The notes: generated by a model from the sequence alone, not told the origin. A stretch of DNA of 64,000 bases from Patescibacteria group bacterium (GCA_040390125.1 JAZJYZ010000001.1:307026-371025), one strand, 5' to 3'. Counted from the first letter of the stretch, positions 35,653 through 45,097 are shown. A program made the numbers and translations.

Positions 35653-35694
35653 CGATATAGTATAAAGGTGCGACCGCACTTTTATACTATATCG
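35653..35694. repeat. 42-bp palindrome, copy 2 (cgatatagtataaaggtgcgaccgcacttttatactatatcg)
   Basis: Matches copy 1 at 32688-32729 except for one G/A difference. Confidence 0.7.
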
Positions 35695-35742
35695 TTGTAT
35701 ACGTCACTATTGCGCCGACACTTTAAGATTAATGGAATAATT

Positions 35743-35766
35743 TGTGCAACATCCGGATGTTGCACA
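35743..35766. repeat. Palindrome TGTGCAACATCCGGATGTTGCACA (second copy of the 1359-1382 palindrome family)
   Basis: Read directly from the sequence. Confidence 0.6.
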
Positions 35767-35795
35767 ATTTGGTAGCACAAATTCCTATTTCGTTT

Positions 35796-35848
35796 CGTAT
35801 TATCCTCTCGGATCCGATGAGGCATTTTGGTCCCTGCGGACACGATGA
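35796..35848. repeat. Two-hairpin element, duplicated/degenerate copy (ctcggatccgatgaggcat + ggtccctgcggacacgatgaagcatcgcc), followed by the AGCT-rich repeat
   Basis: Homologous to 43113-43142. Confidence 0.5.
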
Positions 35849-35889
35849 AGCATCGCCTAAAAGCTGAAAGCTAGCACCTAGAACCTAAT

Positions 35890-37146
35890 TCAGGTTCCTT
35901 CTTCCCAGCTTGAAAGGTATTTCTTTTGTTCGTCTGTGAGTGTGTCAACGTAGATGCCCATAGAGGCGAGCTTCAAGTTAGCAACACGAACTTCTATTTC
36001 TGGATCAATTTCATAGACTCCAGGTTTTAAATTTGCTTTGTTTGCGACAACCCATGAGGAAGCAAGTGCTTGCGTTGCAAAGCTCATGTCCATCACGGAT
36101 GCTGGATGTCCTTCAGCGGCGGCAAGGTTTACCAAGCGCCCCTCTCCGATGACGTACAATCTTTTTCCTCCAACTAAGTATTCATCAACATTTTTACGTA
36201 CATCTTTTGTGACTTTTTCAGCCATTGCCTCTAGAGCCTTGAGGTTTATTTCAACATCAAAGTGTCCCGAGTTACAGAGAATGGCTCCATCTTTCATGGC
36301 AGGGAAGTGTGCTTTATCAATGACGTTGATGTCGCCAGTCAAGGTACAGAAGATATCGCCAATTTTAGCGGCCTCTTTCATAGGCATGACCTCAAAACCA
36401 TCCATAACAGCTTCCAGAGCTTTGATTGAATCGACTTCAGTAACTACTGTGCGTGCTCCCATGCCACGTGCTCGCATTGCGAATCCTCGTCCGCACCAGC
36501 CGTATCCTCCGACTACCACGACCTTGCCTGCAATGAGCGCATCAGTTGCACGGATGATGCCGTCTAGCGTTGATTGCCCGGTACCATATCGGTTGTCAAA
36601 AAGATTTTTTGTCTTTGCATCGTTTACGGCAACAACAGGAATTTTTAGTGCACCGTCTTTTGCCATAGCCCTGAGGCGAATGACGCCGGTCGTTGTTTCT
36701 TCCATGCTTCCCATTATTTGCGTTGCTTTTTCAGGATGGTCACGATGAATAGTGGTGATGAGGTCTGCTCCATCATCCATAGTGATTACCGGGTTATGGG
36801 CAATTGCGGATTCAATGTGTGAGAAAAATGTTTCTTTATTCTCGGCTCGTATTGCAAACACGGGAATGCCGTAGTCGACAACTAACGATGCGGCAACATC
36901 GTCTTGTGTGGAGAGAGGGTTAGAGGCAACGAGAAGCACATTAGCACCGCCAGCTTTCAGTGTACGCATGAGGTTTGCGGTTTCAGCGGTGACATGTAGG
37001 CAGGCTGAAAAATTCATACCTTTGAATGGCTGTTCTTTTTCAAATTGTGCACGTACATCACGCAACACTGGCATGTCACGCTCTGCCCATTCAATTCTTT
37101 TCTTACCTTCGGGAGCAAGTGCTTTGTCTTTAATGTCGAATTCCAT
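35890..37146 (-). CDS. ahcY: Adenosylhomocysteinase (S-adenosyl-L-homocysteine hydrolase)
   Basis: 418 aa. Contains the NAD-binding [15 protein letters not shown] and conserved substrate-binding residues throughout. Confidence 0.9.
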   Translation of the reverse strand: MEFDIKDKALAPEGKKRIEWAERDMPVLRDVRAQFEKEQPFKGMNFSACLHVTAETANLMRTLKAGGANVLLVASNPLSTQDDVAASLVVDYGIPVFAIRAENKETFFSHIESAIAHNPVITMDDGADLITTIHRDHPEKATQIMGSMEETTTGVIRLRAMAKDGALKIPVVAVNDAKTKNLFDNRYGTGQSTLDGIIRATDALIAGKVVVVGGYGWCGRGFAMRARGMGARTVVTEVDSIKALEAVMDGFEVMPMKEAAKIGDIFCTLTGDINVIDKAHFPAMKDGAILCNSGHFDVEINLKALEAMAEKVTKDVRKNVDEYLVGGKRLYVIGEGRLVNLAAAEGHPASVMDMSFATQALASSWVVANKANLKPGVYEIDPEIEVRVANLKLASMGIYVDTLTDEQKKYLSSWEEGT

Positions 37147-37154
37147 AGTGATAG

Positions 37155-38093
37155 TTATGAGGGTAATGTTTCTTTAAAATTTTCCTTGTAGCGAGCGGCA
37201 AGGCTCACTGGGTTGAAAATGTGTGTCTGAGTACCTCGAAGCTCAACAGTATAACAAGCGACGAGTCCTGCAAGTTTTCCTATTGTTTCGAGTGGCCAAC
37301 CTTTGAGGAGTCCGTGCATGAAGCCTGCACGATAGGCATCGCCGGCACCTGTTGGGTCAATAGTGTTTTTTGGAGTCCCTGCGGGCACTTTGATAATCAT
37401 GTTGCCTTTTCGTATTTCTGAGCCGTTTGCACCAAACGTAGTAACGAGAATTTCTGTATGCGTGAGCATGTCTTCTGCACTCCACCCCGTTTTTTTTGTA
37501 ATCAGTGCACGTTCATAGTCGTTTACGATGCACACTTTCGCACCCTCCATTCCTTTTTTAATGTCCTCATCTGAGATATTGCCAATTTGTTGGCCTGGGT
37601 CAAACATAAAAGGAATGCCGTGTGTGCGACAAAACTCAGGAATTGCACGCATGTCTTCCGGGTTACCAGGACCAACAATCACGAAGGCATCACGGTCGAT
37701 AGTACGTTCGCTCAAAGCGTAGGGGAGTTGCATGGCGCCTGGATAGAAAGCGCTGATTTGGTTGTATTTCTGGTCTGTCATCACGGTAGCGAAAGCGGTG
37801 CGGACATTTCCGTTGATGCGTATGCGTCCGGTATCAATATGACGGGATTGTAGCCAATTTTGATACGGTTCAAAATCATTGCCAGCGTTGGCAACTATGA
37901 CGGCATCGTCACCCAAGAGGGCAAGGGTGTAGGCAATGTTGCCCGCAGTGCCTCCATATGACTCTTCCAATGAGTCGACATAGAAGCTCACGTTTATGTC
38001 GTGGATTTTTTCAGGCAGGATATGATCACCAAACAGACCCTTGTAGTCCAAGATGCGGTCGTAAGCGAGAGAGCCGGAGATGAAGATACGCAT
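37155..38093 (-). CDS. PfkB-family carbohydrate/nucleoside kinase (likely adenosine kinase)
   Basis: 312 aa. [13 protein letters not shown] is the PfkB signature 2. Adjacency to ahcY suggests adenosine salvage. Confidence 0.75.
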   Translation of the reverse strand: MRIFISGSLAYDRILDYKGLFGDHILPEKIHDINVSFYVDSLEESYGGTAGNIAYTLALLGDDAVIVANAGNDFEPYQNWLQSRHIDTGRIRINGNVRTAFATVMTDQKYNQISAFYPGAMQLPYALSERTIDRDAFVIVGPGNPEDMRAIPEFCRTHGIPFMFDPGQQIGNISDEDIKKGMEGAKVCIVNDYERALITKKTGWSAEDMLTHTEILVTTFGANGSEIRKGNMIIKVPAGTPKNTIDPTGAGDAYRAGFMHGLLKGWPLETIGKLAGLVACYTVELRGTQTHIFNPVSLAARYKENFKETLPS

Positions 38094-38229
38094 AGTGAAA
38101 TAGCTTTCAGCTTTCAGGTTCCGGCTTTCAGCTTCGAATTCAGAAAAGCTGAAACCTGACAGCTGGCACCTGAAAGCTTATTCGAGCAGTTTACCTCGTG
38201 GGTTGAAAAAATAAAAGAAATCAAAGTAC

Positions 38230-39153
38230 CTACTTTGTCTTTAAGTGAACATAGATGTCCTCAAGGGCTTTTACTGCGTCTCCCGCAGCGATGTTGTTTT
38301 GGTGGTACAAGCTACTTGTGCAGTCGCCCGCAGCCCAAATTCCTGTGCGTGAAGTTTTTTGCGTTTTGTGGTCAATAACGATGCGTCTGTACTGGTCAAG
38401 CTCCACAAGGCCGTCAACAAATTCAGTTGAAGGAACCATACCTATTTCCACGAATATACCCGAAACAGCAAGGCTAGTCTCAGCGCCGGTGGTCCGGTCT
38501 TTGTAGGTGAGTCCGTTCACAAATTTGTCTCCTGTGATGAGGCTGGTTTCAGCATTTAAGACTCCACGCATATTGGGGTGTGCAAGAACTTTCTCAACCG
38601 TTACAGGGTCGGCAGAATATTGGGCACCACGGTGCAGTAGAGTGACGCTCTTTGCGTAGGCGAGAAGCTGTGCCGCAGTCTCAAATCCGGCGTTGCCTCC
38701 ACCAATCACTACAACGTCACTACCTCCGAACAAGGGCCCGTCGCACGATGCACAGTAGGTGACTCCTTTGTTGTCGAATGTATCAGCACCGGGAACATTC
38801 AGCTTCCTTCTTGAGCCTCCAGCGGTTACGAGTACGGTTTTTGCACTGTATGATTTTCCACTTTTTGTAGTAAGGATGAAATGATCATCCTCTGCCACAA
38901 CCTTGAGCACTCGTTCTCCCTTAATGATGTCGACGACATCCCCCGCATACGCACGTACGTGTGCCTCTAAATTTTTTGCCAATTCTTCACCTGAGATTGC
39001 TGGCGTACCTATCCAATTTTGTATTTCTGCAGAAACAACGCTTTGTCCACCAAAAAGGTCAGTGATGAGCACTGTTTTTAAGAGTTTACGTGCGGCGTAC
39101 ACTGCGGCTGCTGAGCCTCCAGGGCCTCCTCCAATTATTGCAACGTCGAACAT
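38230..39153 (-). CDS. trxB: Thioredoxin-disulfide reductase
   Basis: 307 aa. Contains IIGGGPGG (FAD binding), redox-active CASCDG and the GGGNAGFETA NADPH site. Confidence 0.88.
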   Translation of the reverse strand: MFDVAIIGGGPGGSAAAVYAARKLLKTVLITDLFGGQSVVSAEIQNWIGTPAISGEELAKNLEAHVRAYAGDVVDIIKGERVLKVVAEDDHFILTTKSGKSYSAKTVLVTAGGSRRKLNVPGADTFDNKGVTYCASCDGPLFGGSDVVVIGGGNAGFETAAQLLAYAKSVTLLHRGAQYSADPVTVEKVLAHPNMRGVLNAETSLITGDKFVNGLTYKDRTTGAETSLAVSGIFVEIGMVPSTEFVDGLVELDQYRRIVIDHKTQKTSRTGIWAAGDCTSSLYHQNNIAAGDAVKALEDIYVHLKTK

Positions 39154-39288
39154 AAAAAGCTTCTAGCTTCTAGCTTATAGCTTTTAGCTTTAAACAGCAA
39201 GAAAAAAGAAATCCCCACTCTCTAATAAAAAAAGAAAGCCGGAACGTGCGTCATAATTCAGTTCAAAAATCTTTTTAAGAAAATCTTA

Positions 39289-39324
39289 CCCCCAACCCCT
39301 TTAGTTAACTAAAGGGGTTGGGGG
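39289..39324. terminator. 36-bp perfect palindrome CCCCCAACCCCTTTAGTTAACTAAAGGGGTTGGGGG; likely terminator for the minus-strand gene ending at 39379
   Basis: A perfect 17-bp stem. Confidence 0.55.
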
Positions 39325-39378
39325 GGGAGAAGTAAAGAAAAAAGCCGGAAATTTCCGACTTTCTTGATTCTTCAAGCT

Positions 39379-39591
39379 TTATTCAACGAAGGCACCCATA
39401 TTAACCCAAGAGTGTTTTAGTTTAGGCTGTCCTTCAGTCACTCGTACCTTTAGTTTCATACCGAAAGTTTTGAGGTGTACTGCTCGCGAGCCATCTGGAA
39501 GTCGTCTAGCGAACATAACATCCAATAGTCCGCCTGCGAAGTTCATTTTCTCGCCAGGCTTTACACCCTCCCAGTTTTTTGGACCCATCAT
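39379..39591 (-). CDS. Hypothetical small protein (70 aa) starting 1 nt after the ftsZ stop
   Basis: ORF 39379-39714 was trimmed to the in-frame ATG at 39591, because its upstream part overlaps the conserved ftsZ C-terminus. Sequence MMGPKNWEGVKPGEKMNFAGGLLDVMFARRLPDG... has no recognised family. Confidence 0.3.
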   Translation of the reverse strand: MMGPKNWEGVKPGEKMNFAGGLLDVMFARRLPDGSRAVHLKTFGMKLKVRVTEGQPKLKHSWVNMGAFVE

Positions 39592-39592
39592 G

Positions 39593-40777
39593 CTAGTTCT
39601 TACGGTTTCTGCGCAAAAATGCAGGAACTGCAGCCCATTCATCGTCTTCTTCGGCTGGTTTTGGGGCTGGCATGTCACGCCGTAGGGGAGGAACTGCTTC
39701 CTCATCGAGCTCACGATTTGCTGGCATCACCGTGTTGTATATCTTTCCCATTGGTTCTTCCTCTTTCTTTTCCTTCTTTACGCCGAGCTGGAAGAGAGGC
39801 TGACCTGTGTGGCCCCCTGTTTCCTCAGGAAAACCTGTTGCAATGACAGTGACACGAACTTCACCCTTCTTCAGACGCTCGTCCTTCGAAGTACCAAAGA
39901 TAACTTTTGCATTCTTGTCGATTGACTCCGTAACGATATGCGCAGCTGCTTGTACTTCAAGGAGTCCGAGGTCTTCTCCGCCAGCAATTGAAAGCAGTAC
40001 GCCTTTTGCACCATTGATAGAGATATCGAGAAGTGGGGAATTGATAGCCATGCGAGCAGCTTCTTCAGCACGCTTATCTCCCTGAGCAATACCAACACCC
40101 ATGAGTGCTGAACCTGCGTCCTCCATAATTGATTTGATGTCGGCGAAGTCGAGATTGATATTGCCTGGCGTGGTGATGAGGTCAGACACACCTTCGACTG
40201 CTTGTCGCAATACCTCGTCGCAGAGTGCGAATGCACTTCTAACCGTTGTGTTTTGATCAACAACAGCGAGCAAGCGGTCGTTTGGAATAACAATTAATGC
40301 GTCTACTTCTTTGCGAAGTTCATCGAGCCCTTGCTCTGCGAGGCGCATGCGCTGTTGACCTTCAAATGAGAACGGTTTTGTGACAACGGCAACGGTGAGT
40401 GCACCAGTTTCTTTTGCAATTTTTGCAACCACAGGTGCGGCGCCGGTGCAGGTGCCTCCACCCATACCTCCTGCGATGAAGACCATGTCGGAACCACGAA
40501 GTGCATCTTGTATTTCAGATTGTGTTTCTTCAGCGGCACGTTTTCCAACTGCAGGGTTCATTCCTGCGCCAAGTCCTCGTGTAAGGTTTTTACCAATATG
40601 AATTTTTGCTTTTGCAGATGACTGTTGAAGGTCTTGTGCGTCTGTGTTTATGACGATGAAATCAACCCCTTTCACTTTTGAGGTGACCATGTGATTGATG
40701 GCGTTCTTACCGGAACCGCCGATACCGACGACACGAATGCGGGCTGATGACTCCATTTCTGAATGTACCTGTGGCAT
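39593..40777 (-). CDS. ftsZ: Cell division protein FtsZ
   Basis: 394 aa. Contains GGGTGTG (tubulin signature), the T7 loop and the C-terminal PAFLRR FtsA-binding peptide. Confidence 0.95.
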   Translation of the reverse strand: MPQVHSEMESSARIRVVGIGGSGKNAINHMVTSKVKGVDFIVINTDAQDLQQSSAKAKIHIGKNLTRGLGAGMNPAVGKRAAEETQSEIQDALRGSDMVFIAGGMGGGTCTGAAPVVAKIAKETGALTVAVVTKPFSFEGQQRMRLAEQGLDELRKEVDALIVIPNDRLLAVVDQNTTVRSAFALCDEVLRQAVEGVSDLITTPGNINLDFADIKSIMEDAGSALMGVGIAQGDKRAEEAARMAINSPLLDISINGAKGVLLSIAGGEDLGLLEVQAAAHIVTESIDKNAKVIFGTSKDERLKKGEVRVTVIATGFPEETGGHTGQPLFQLGVKKEKKEEEPMGKIYNTVMPANRELDEEAVPPLRRDMPAPKPAEEDDEWAAVPAFLRRNRKN

Positions 40778-40910
40778 GGTTTTTTTGAGAGGTTATTAAC
40801 TAGTTGCCTCATCATAGAGAAAATGAACTCTCGTTGCAACATTTGACTTTCTTTTCTTTTTGTATCTAAAAACTAGAGACTATCTTAAGCTTCCAGGTGT
40901 CAGCTGCCAG

Positions 40911-40962
40911 GCTCCCGGTTTTGTTATTGCATAGCAATTAGAAAATCGCAGTCCCCTTGGGG
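40911..40962. repeat. 53-nt palindromic element, copy 2 (between ftsA and ftsZ)
   Basis: gctcccggttttgttattgcatagcaattagaaaatcgcagtccccttgggg, flanked by AGCT-rich repeats. Confidence 0.7.
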
Positions 40963-41018
40963 AGTTTCAGTTTTTCTGAATTAAAGCTGAAAGCCGAAAG
41001 CTGGCAGCTAAAACCTGC

Positions 41019-42191
41019 CTAAGGTAAAAATTGTCGCAAAAACCCAAGAGCGGAATTTCCAATGTCTTTGAGTGCGATGCCTGCGGCGGGCCTGGCAAAA
41101 TTGTCACCAGTGAGCCCCCATACGGTAAGACCGTACGCTACTGCCCATGATGAATCTTTTATTTTGGCGTCGGATGCAATATTAAGTGAAGCTATTTTTG
41201 AATGAAGTTTCAACGCTGATTCAGCGATTTCTTTTATGGGTCCAATACCTGAGCCACCACCTGAAAGCACAATGCCTGCCGGTAAGAGCTGATCTTTGCC
41301 GAGTTTTTTTAAATGCCCGTCAATAAGTTCGAAGATGTCGATGAGGCGTGCGGTAAGAATGTCATCGAATTTTTTCTTCGAATACGAGGCGTTTGTAATG
41401 GCACCCAATTTTAATTGTTCTGCTTCGTCCAAGGAGATACGAAGTCCGAGCGCAATGTCTTTGGTGATGTCCATTGAGCCAATGCGAAACACTTTGAGTG
41501 AGACTGGCATGCCGTTATCAAAGACCACAATGGAAACTGTTTCAGCGCCGATGTTTGCAAGAACGCACCCAGCTTTTTTCTCTGCGTTTGAAAGTGTGAT
41601 GATGGAACCTGCCAAGGGGGAGGCCATCGTGTCGGCAACTGCAATTTCTGCTCGCTCAACGGACTCGATTAAATCGTTTACATGCTGTTCAAGGCAGGTA
41701 ATGAAAAGAGTCTCAACAGAGAGCTTTGTTCCTTTCATGCCGTGCGGACGACCCAAGACTTCTGTTCCGTCTATAGAGAAGGTGAGGGGAACGGTGTGGA
41801 GAATCTTTCTATTCACGAGTCTTCCGGAAACGTTTTCACGTGACGCATCTATGGCTTTTTCTATATCGAGGTCAGTTACTTCAGCGTCTGCTCGTGCGAT
41901 GATTGCGTCGCCACGGCCTCGCACTTCATCAAGTCCGATGCCACCAATAGAAAGGAATGCTGTCTTTATTTTTACGCCGGCAAAATCTGCGGCTTGAGCG
42001 GCGGCAATTCTGATTGAGCGTGCGACGTCGTCTGCATTCACTATATAGCCATGGCGGAGTCCTTTTGATTCTGCGTAGCCCGTGCCTATGATTTTCGGAA
42101 ACAGTGATGCACGATCTGCGGATTCACGTGCAATAACAACACGCACCTGGTAGGTTCCGACGTCTATGCCAACTGCAATTCGGGAGGCCAT
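41019..42191 (-). CDS. ftsA: Cell division protein FtsA
   Basis: 390 aa with an actin-like ATPase fold. Contains GIDVGTYQVRVVIAR and LSGGGSGI, and sits directly upstream of ftsZ. Confidence 0.9.
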   Translation of the reverse strand: MASRIAVGIDVGTYQVRVVIARESADRASLFPKIIGTGYAESKGLRHGYIVNADDVARSIRIAAAQAADFAGVKIKTAFLSIGGIGLDEVRGRGDAIIARADAEVTDLDIEKAIDASRENVSGRLVNRKILHTVPLTFSIDGTEVLGRPHGMKGTKLSVETLFITCLEQHVNDLIESVERAEIAVADTMASPLAGSIITLSNAEKKAGCVLANIGAETVSIVVFDNGMPVSLKVFRIGSMDITKDIALGLRISLDEAEQLKLGAITNASYSKKKFDDILTARLIDIFELIDGHLKKLGKDQLLPAGIVLSGGGSGIGPIKEIAESALKLHSKIASLNIASDAKIKDSSWAVAYGLTVWGLTGDNFARPAAGIALKDIGNSALGFLRQFLP

Positions 42192-42227
42192 TTTAGCTAG
42201 GGGGTAGGGGTTAGCGATTAGGGGATA

Positions 42228-42258
42228 GGCGACGCTTCGTCGGATCCGAAGGGATCAT
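42228..42258. repeat. Two-hairpin element, reverse orientation (ggcgacgcttcgtcggatccgaagggatcat)
   Basis: The reverse complement atgatcccttcggatccgacgaagcgtcgcc matches the family. Here hairpin 1 has loop CTTC and hairpin 2 is cgacg/cgtcg. Confidence 0.6.
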
Positions 42259-42306
42259 GTGGTTTTTACCACAAAACGTTGTCGTCAAACTTATCCTATC
42301 ACGCAC

Positions 42307-42699
42307 TCAGCTATACGGGGTGGGGATTTTCAGTGTTTTGCAGAACTTTTTTTCGAGAGTTTCCATTTTTTTGCCATGGTCGTGCCCTTGCAAGTGGAGC
42401 ATGCCGTGGATGAAAAGGAAGGATAGGTAATTGTGAGAGTTCATTCCAAATTCTGGTGCTTTTTTTTTCACCATGCTCATGCAGATATAGAGTTCGCCAG
42501 TTTTTTTACTCAGAGGGAAGGCAAGGATGTCGGTTGCAGAGTCCTTACGGCGGTACTGACGATTAAGTGCTTGCATTTTTTGTGGCGGAATGAATACAAG
42601 CGAGAGCTCGTACGTTTTACCAAGCACTTTCTCTTTCATCTTCAAAAAAGGCACTCTAGGAGTAGAGTGCCGTGCCGTATTTGCGATTACGAAATTCAT
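42307..42699 (-). CDS. ybeY: rRNA maturation endoribonuclease YbeY
   Basis: 130 aa. HGMLHLQGHDH is the H3xH5xH zinc motif. Confidence 0.85.
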   Translation of the reverse strand: MNFVIANTARHSTPRVPFLKMKEKVLGKTYELSLVFIPPQKMQALNRQYRRKDSATDILAFPLSKKTGELYICMSMVKKKAPEFGMNSHNYLSFLFIHGMLHLQGHDHGKKMETLEKKFCKTLKIPTPYS

Positions 42700-42754
42700 T
42701 GCTGTGGATCCTCCCTAAAAGCTTACAGTTGAAACCTGAAAGCTACGAGCCTTT

Positions 42755-43006
42755 CTATCTTCCTCTTTTCTGAACTCGTGCTTTAGGGTCAACAAGACCG
42801 AGACGCTCTAAATTCGCTGTCTTTTCACGCTTGGTGATACGACGGAGTGCTGATGCACGACGCTTACTCTTTGAGAGATCACGAATTCTATAGCGGTTGT
42901 CTTTAACTCGGCGGATGATACCAGCACCAAGAACACGCTTTGAGAAGCGACGCACCAAACCCATCGTGTTTTCGGTCCCGGTCTTTGTTACTGAAACGTT
43001 AATCAT
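42755..43006 (-). CDS. rpsU: 30S ribosomal protein S21-like (bS21)
   Basis: Basic ~83-aa protein (GLVRRFSKRVLGAGIIRRVK...KSKRRASALRRITKRE) consistent with the bS21 pattern. Start trimmed to the internal ATG at 43006. Confidence 0.55.
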   Translation of the reverse strand: MINVSVTKTGTENTMGLVRRFSKRVLGAGIIRRVKDNRYRIRDLSKSKRRASALRRITKREKTANLERLGLVDPKARVQKRGR

Positions 43007-43112
43007 TGTGTTGTGTATTAAAGCACGGCTTAGAAGAAGCCGCAACTGAATGAAAGGTTCTAGGTGCTAGGTTCTAGCTTTAATTAAATTTTCAGAAAAG
43101 CTGTAAGCTAGC

Positions 43113-43142
43113 TGATCCCTGCGGATCCGATGAGGCATCGCC
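43113..43142. repeat. Two-hairpin element, canonical copy (tgatccctgcggatccgatgaggcatcgcc)
   Basis: Hairpin 1 is GATCC-CTGC-GGATC and hairpin 2 is CGATG-AGG-CATCG. It is flanked by AGCT-rich repeats at 43045-43110. Confidence 0.65.
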
Positions 43143-44308
43143 TAACTTCGGTGTCCTCGTGTCACGTAGTTTCCAAGTTTGTCTAAAGGTATGGTCGTCT
43201 GCACTTGGGTGGCGACGGAGCGGACTATTGCCGTGTTATCCAATGCTTCACGTTGTCCAATAATCGCAATGTATTTGGTGCCTGATGCTGTCCCTTTCTC
43301 TACTTGATCACGAAGGTTATCTGTCATAAGCGCTTGTCCTACTGCCACGTGAGCACGCCAAAGAGCCTCTAGGAGTGCGAAGGATCGAAGTTTCGCAGCA
43401 TCTCCGACGTGGACTATAAAGCAAGCTGGTTCGTCTTCGAGCGATTCAACATCGATACGTCCTTGCATTTCAATACTCATTGCTACGGCGGGCTCTGCGT
43501 GGGCGCCTCGGGCGCGCTTGGCGTATTCGTCGTAACGCCCGCCGGTTGCTATGCGCACACGTTCACCTTTTTTGTCTGTTCCTTCAATGGCAAAGAGCAG
43601 TTCTGATTCCACCCCAGGTTCTGCAATGAGGCGTGACTGAATAGAATAGGCAATACCCACTGATTCAAAAAGTGACAGCGTTGCGAGCATGGTTTTTCGG
43701 GAACTCTCTGAAAGGTAATCAATAGAGCGTGGCATCTGTTCCACTACGGGATCTTTTCGTTCGAGCATGGTGCGGTAGGCAAGATCAGGGTCGTGCGGAA
43801 CGATTGCTTTCAAATCTTCAGGTATTGCGTCGTTTCGTTTTTTGAAGAAGTTGCCGAGTTCACGTGTGAATCGTTTTCGTGATTCTGCATCTCCTACGGA
43901 GGACACCAGTACAGAAAGATCACTGAAGCCCGCCACCTCTGATATGGAGAGAGCGGTTTTTACAACTATTGCGGGTGCAATAGCGTGGCGTGTTGAGAAA
44001 ATCCCAAATGAAACTAGCGTGCCTGAACCTTTACGTGATACTCCCCAGGTTTGTATAGGGCCTTTACCACTCTCTGCAATGTTCACCAGTGCACTTGAAG
44101 CTGAAGTTTTTGCGTTAGCTCCATTACTGGCAGTTGCGAGTGCTCGTTTAGAAATGTTTGCGGGTGAACTAGTGAATCCGTATGCATAAGCAATACGTCC
44201 GATTGATTGTTCCAAAGATTCGTTCTGTTTTCCTTTTTCAAGTGAGCGCATATTTAGTAAGTAGTGAGTAGTAAGTGGAGGGTCGTGAAGAAAGAGGATG
44301 AAAAGCAA
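43142..44308 (-). CDS. Histidyl-tRNA synthetase-like protein (HisS/HisZ family, divergent N-terminal motifs)
   Basis: Contains IATGGRYDEY (HisRS motif 3) and a C-terminal anticodon-binding domain (YIAIIGQREALDNTAIVRSV). Motifs 1 and 2 are degenerate or low-complexity. The real start is probably an internal Met. Confidence 0.55.
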   Translation of the reverse strand: MLFILFLHDPPLTTHYLLNMRSLEKGKQNESLEQSIGRIAYAYGFTSSPANISKRALATASNGANAKTSASSALVNIAESGKGPIQTWGVSRKGSGTLVSFGIFSTRHAIAPAIVVKTALSISEVAGFSDLSVLVSSVGDAESRKRFTRELGNFFKKRNDAIPEDLKAIVPHDPDLAYRTMLERKDPVVEQMPRSIDYLSESSRKTMLATLSLFESVGIAYSIQSRLIAEPGVESELLFAIEGTDKKGERVRIATGGRYDEYAKRARGAHAEPAVAMSIEMQGRIDVESLEDEPACFIVHVGDAAKLRSFALLEALWRAHVAVGQALMTDNLRDQVEKGTASGTKYIAIIGQREALDNTAIVRSVATQVQTTIPLDKLGNYVTRGHRS

Positions 44309-44358
44309 GAATTTTGTTTTTGACTATCTTCTACATACGACATTCTACTTTCCATACT

Positions 44359-44973
44359 TTATTGTTGTAATGAAATGGTGCCGGGGAATAGGCCAATCTC
44401 GGATGGTGGAAAGAGTCGGACGAATGGGCGACCAACAATATCCTCACGTGGAAGATTGCCCCAGGAGCGAGAGTCAGAACTTTCGTTGCGGTTATCGCCC
44501 ATGACAAAGTATTCGTCGCTTCCTAGTGTGTAGACCTTGTATTCGTCTCGCATGCGGGATGGATCGATGAACGATTGGTCGAGCGTGATAGATTTTGCGT
44601 CTTTGCCACCACTAATAATAATGCGTTTACCCTGCATCTCTACTGTTTCGTTTGGTAAACCTATAATTCGTTTTATAAAAAATGTTTTTGGATCTTTTGG
44701 ATATCGCATTATGATGACATCGCCACGTTTTGGCTCTTCAAAACGGTAGGTTACTTGGTCAACGATGAGGTATTCGTTATTGTGGAATGTTGGCACCATT
44801 GAAGCACCTCGCACAATGAACGGTTGAGCAACGAACCAGCGGATAGGAACGACGATGAGGAGTGCGATGAGTGCGAATTTGATTGTGTCACTAACAAGTT
44901 CATTTCGCTCTTCATTCATGCAAAGAATTGTACGCCTGCGAGTCATTGCACGCAAGGTTTTTTTGTTGTGCAA
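44359..44973 (-). CDS. lepB: Signal peptidase I (S26 family)
   Basis: 204 aa. Contains GASMVPT (catalytic Ser), the catalytic Lys box RGDVIIM and GDNRNESSDSRSWG. Confidence 0.88.
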   Translation of the reverse strand: MHNKKTLRAMTRRRTILCMNEERNELVSDTIKFALIALLIVVPIRWFVAQPFIVRGASMVPTFHNNEYLIVDQVTYRFEEPKRGDVIIMRYPKDPKTFFIKRIIGLPNETVEMQGKRIIISGGKDAKSITLDQSFIDPSRMRDEYKVYTLGSDEYFVMGDNRNESSDSRSWGNLPREDIVGRPFVRLFPPSEIGLFPGTISLQQ

Positions 44974-45097
44974 TGTTATTCATGCAAAAATATTTTTTTC
45001 GTATACACTTTAAGGAGCTTCCAGGTTTCAGCTGTCAGGTTCCAGCTTGAATTTAAAAAGCTGAAAGCCGGTAGCTGACAGCTGAAAGCTCTGCATC

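Noticed and set aside
36038-36748. 236-aa plus-strand ORF antisense to ahcY; similarly 41296-41997 antisense to ftsA, 58881-59612 antisense to infB, and 50038-50922 minus-strand ORFs inside gyrA
   Set aside because: They are antisense to strongly conserved genes, with low-complexity Ser/Ala/Arg-rich translations typical of shadow ORFs.
39592-39714. N-terminal 41 codons of ORF 39379-39714 overlapping the ftsZ 3' end
   Set aside because: This part overlaps the conserved FtsZ C-terminal peptide coding region. The ORF was trimmed to the ATG located 1 nt after the ftsZ stop.
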